Source: a virus. From it: DNA of 51,368 bases. This document shows positions 51,038 to 51,368 of this stretch, in pieces. Location of the stretch: IMG/VR virus record IMGVR_UViG_3300045988_135063; one strand, given 5' to 3'. Both the position numbers and the translations under genes were made by a program. The notes under the pieces were generated by a model. The model made no database searches. It saw nothing but the letters and a program-made list of their open reading frames with translations, and had not been told where the DNA came from. Each line of letters starts with the position of its first letter. Position 1 is the first letter of the stretch.

Positions 51038-51368
51038 CTACCCCCTAGATACCACTCTATCCTCAGCATATGCTTGATCTATTACAGTAGTATCTACTTG
51101 ATAGTATTTTGCATAATGTTTAGCTAGGTTAACATTAGTATCTAAAAGGTGTCCTTTACCCTCTATTATGTCTATGTAAGTAGTGTAACCAATACAATCC
51201 CTAATAAAATTAAAATTTGGTGATGTATTTGGGTATACAGGTAAACCAGTCTTTGTATCTATTGGATAGCTTTGATTTTGGCTTTGATCTTGACTTTCTA
51301 CAGTAGCAACTTCATCAACTTGGACCCCTTGAACATCTTGAGTATCTTGAACATCTTGAGTATCTTGA
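51038..51368 (-). CDS. C-terminal part of the initiator/organiser-like CDS that starts at nt 857
   Basis: The minus frame is open from 51368 to a TAG at 51038-51040 and is in frame with 1-857 across the junction. Confidence 0.55.
   Translation of the reverse strand, partial: QDTQDVQDTQDVQGVQVDEVATVESQDQSQNQSYPIDTKTGLPVYPNTSPNFNFIRDCIGYTTYIDIIEGKGHLLDTNVNLAKHYAKYYQVDTTVIDQAYAEDRVVSRG
51324..51368 (-). repeat. Tandem 9-bp coding repeat at window end
   Basis: accccttga, acatcttga, gtatcttga, acatcttga, gtatcttga. Continues the array at 1-36. Confidence 0.9.

Noticed and set aside
1-51368. tRNA genes, integrase/attP, reverse transcriptase/DGR
   Set aside because: I found no T-loop-like GGTTCGAAT-type signatures in the non-coding gaps. 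No ORF has tyrosine-integrase, large-serine-integrase or RT motifs. This was a manual scan only; tRNAscan-SE and HMM searches should confirm it.

Overview
Strongly AT-rich 51.4-kb window that reads as one complete, circularly permuted tailed-phage genome with a siphovirus-type morphogenesis module. The host is probably a low-GC, spore-forming Firmicute; that is inference. All but two CDS are on the minus strand. Reading the minus strand from the window end downward, the order is as follows. Replication and partition: a wHTH replication-initiator-like protein, an actin-like ParM/ParR cassette with an iteron centromere, a DnaC-like loader, a DnaB-like helicase and a primase. DNA handling: a sigma-like protein, a gp32-like SSB, two orphan DNA methyltransferases, a Cas4-like nuclease and RuvC. 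Nucleotide supply: thymidine kinase, deoxynucleoside kinase, a NupC-family nucleoside permease, a family-A DNA polymerase and a dNMP kinase, with an XRE regulator on the plus strand in between. Accessory region: a sigma-region-4-like protein, a SleB-like hydrolase, a two-gene operon of unknown function, an HTH/TerS-like protein, about 1 kb of repeat-rich non-coding DNA and a small serine recombinase. Late module: TerL, portal, head, tail, tail fibre, holin and endolysin. I recognised no integrase, tRNA or CRISPR array. The main non-obvious signals are these: (1) a conserved non-sigma-A promoter-like motif, RTAAAC-N17-ACTnnAT, occurs 12 times in front of lytic operons, while candidate maintenance genes (initiators, parMR, recombinase, XRE) carry host-type TTGACA/TATAAT-like promoters; (2) a ParMRC-like partition locus suggests a plasmid-prophage lifestyle; (3) a ~95-bp regulatory module with two palindromic sites is duplicated in direct orientation 27.5 kb apart, one copy next to the recombinase; (4) several non-coding regions carry helically phased short repeats and a G/C-rich palindrome; (5) a nucleoside uptake and salvage module includes a membrane permease; (6) intrinsic-terminator hairpins sit in nearly every intergenic gap. 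All functional calls come from by-eye motif recognition. No database search was run.
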